From Eledone cirrhosa (taxonomy: Eukaryota): a DNA stretch of 64,000 nucleotides. Location of the stretch: assembly GCA_964016885.1 (NCBI GenBank), contig OZ024748.1, positions 60,078,001 through 60,142,000 on the forward strand, given 5' to 3'. How positions within the stretch are numbered: the first letter of the stretch is position 1; each line of letters begins with the position of its first letter. Position numbers and translations under genes: made by a program. The notes under the pieces were generated by a model, which searched no databases, was not told the DNA's origin, and saw only the letters and a list, made by a program, of their open reading frames with translations. Positions 61,799 to 64,000 of this stretch are shown one piece after another.

Positions 61799-61842
<44 letters not shown>

Positions 61843-61920
61843 CAAATGCATATATATATATATGTATGTATCTATCTCTCTCTCTCTATATATATATATA
61901 TACATATACAAATGCATATA

Positions 61921-61966
<46 letters not shown>

Positions 61967-62074
61967 ATAAGCATTTATATATGTATATCATATACATATA
62001 CAAATGCATATATATATATATGTATATATATATGTATATATATATATATATATATAAATACCTATACATACATT

Positions 62075-62121
<47 letters not shown>

Positions 62122-62174
62122 GCATTTATATATGTATATGTATAATATATATACATCCATACATATATACATAC

Positions 62175-62261
<87 letters not shown>

Positions 62262-62270
62262 TATATAATA

Positions 62271-63190
62271 TAGTGAAAACTGGAACGGGAACAGAAACAG
62301 AGAGCCAGTACAAACACAGGTTTATTAGTTTCACGCTTTTGAGAGTGGTGGTCGGGGGGGCGACGTTTCGGGTATAAACCCTTCTTCGGGAGAAAAGTGG
62401 GTGGGAAGAGAGTTCCTAGGTTGTGTGGGGGAGTGGTGGAAGGGGTACAAATAAAAATAAATGTAAACATAAAGATCAACAAGTGGTTGAAGGTTGTGGG
62501 GCGTATAGGGGTGGTGGCGGGTGGAGTAGGGAGAGGGAGGCGGGGGGTCCGATCGGGGAGGGCTGAAGGTGGTTTTTGTGTATGTTTGTAGGTGTACGTG
62601 TTGTGTGTGTGTGTGTATGTGAGAGTTGGGGGTAGAACGAGTTCCATGTTCAGGAAAAGGTGTGTGTGTGGTGTGTAGATCGGTGTGTGCATGCGTGTGG
62701 ATGGGGAGGTTTCAGATGGGTGGGGAGGGGTGGGGGAGGAATCCTGAGGTTGAGTGTGTGTATATGTGGGGGTACGCACGTGTGTGTTGGTGTTTATATG
62801 TGGTGTGGATGTAGGTGGCGTGGTTCGAAAAAAATTGTGAGTGTATGTCCGTGGGTAAGTTCCTAAGATAGTTACGGGGAGTGTGCGATGAGTGGCCGGA
62901 TATTATTCATGTTATGGAGTGGATAGCTAGAACGATGACCGGTGGTGTTTAATCCGTTGGTTGTGGTGGTCGGAAGTAGGGAGCTGTGGGGTGCGTATGC
63001 AACAGGAAGTGGTCAGAGGGTCAAGGCAGGATGAAGGTATAGCAGTAGAGGAGAATGACAGGTGGAGAAAGTCAGTGTGCGGTGAGGACTGTGTGTCTGT
63101 GTGTGCGGATTGCGATGGACAGGGGAGAGGATGGGTTGTTGTTGAAAGTTGGAGTGTGGAGGGTTCATATGGGGGGGATGGGCTGTGTAT
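62271..63190 (-). mobile_element. Degenerate Penelope-like 3' remnant with HHR-like terminus (62360-62391)
   Basis: Minus strand CCGAAGA-a-gggt(ttat)accc-GAAACGTC followed by AATAAA; C-rich UTR; [10 protein letters not shown] resembles a GIY-YIG R..H helix. Confidence 0.55.
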
Positions 63191-63225
63191 TAGTAGAATA
63201 TATACATATATATATGATATACATA

Positions 63226-63257
<32 letters not shown>

Positions 63258-63762
63258 CATATATATGTATATATATATATATATATATATACATATATAT
63301 GTATATATATATATATATATATATACATATATATGTATATATATATATATATATATATACATATATATGTATATATATATATATACATATATATGTATAT
63401 ATATATATATATATATATACATATATATGTATATATATATATATATACATATATATGTATATATATATATATACATATATATGTATATATATATATATAT
63501 ATACATATATATGTATATATATATATACATATATATGTATATATATATATATAGACATATATATGTATATATATATATACATATATATGTATATATATGT
63601 ATATATATATATATATATACATATATATGTATATATATATATATATATACATATATATGTAATATATATATATATATATACATACATATGTATATATATA
63701 TATACATATATATGTATATATATATATACATATATATGTATATATATATATACATATATATG

Positions 63763-63794
<32 letters not shown>

Positions 63795-63797
63795 CCA

Positions 63798-63910
<113 letters not shown>

Positions 63911-63955
63911 CATATATACATATACATATATATATATATACATATATACATATAC

Positions 63956-64000
<45 letters not shown>

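Overview
AT-rich, repeat-dominated eukaryotic (animal) DNA, most likely an octopod cephalopod, inferred from the SINE repertoire and extreme (TA)n load. There is no convincing host protein-coding gene; nearly all ORFs in the track are microsatellite artefacts. Recognisable content: two Tx1/L1-clade LINE fragments in (ATCT)n, a frameshifted Penelope-like element (RT C-terminus plus GIY-YIG) with rearranged pLTR pieces, RTE 3' fragments, an internally deleted mariner with ~100-bp TIRs, a non-autonomous Helitron, many tRNA-derived SINEs and a 200-N gap. The main signal lies in the short islands between (TA)n runs. At least 8 apparently unrelated families of small non-coding elements, many forming fold-back palindromes, each carry a minimal type I hammerhead ribozyme (HHR) motif. 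About 20 copies could be folded by eye, with recurrent non-canonical cores (U3:A8 UUGAAAA, C4 CCGANGA, A4 CAGAAGA), mostly palindromic stems III and compensatory stem changes. One family is linked to the Penelope ORF; another shows a 323-bp head-to-tail unit resembling a retrozyme. All calls are by manual reading; coordinates of degenerate repeats are approximate.
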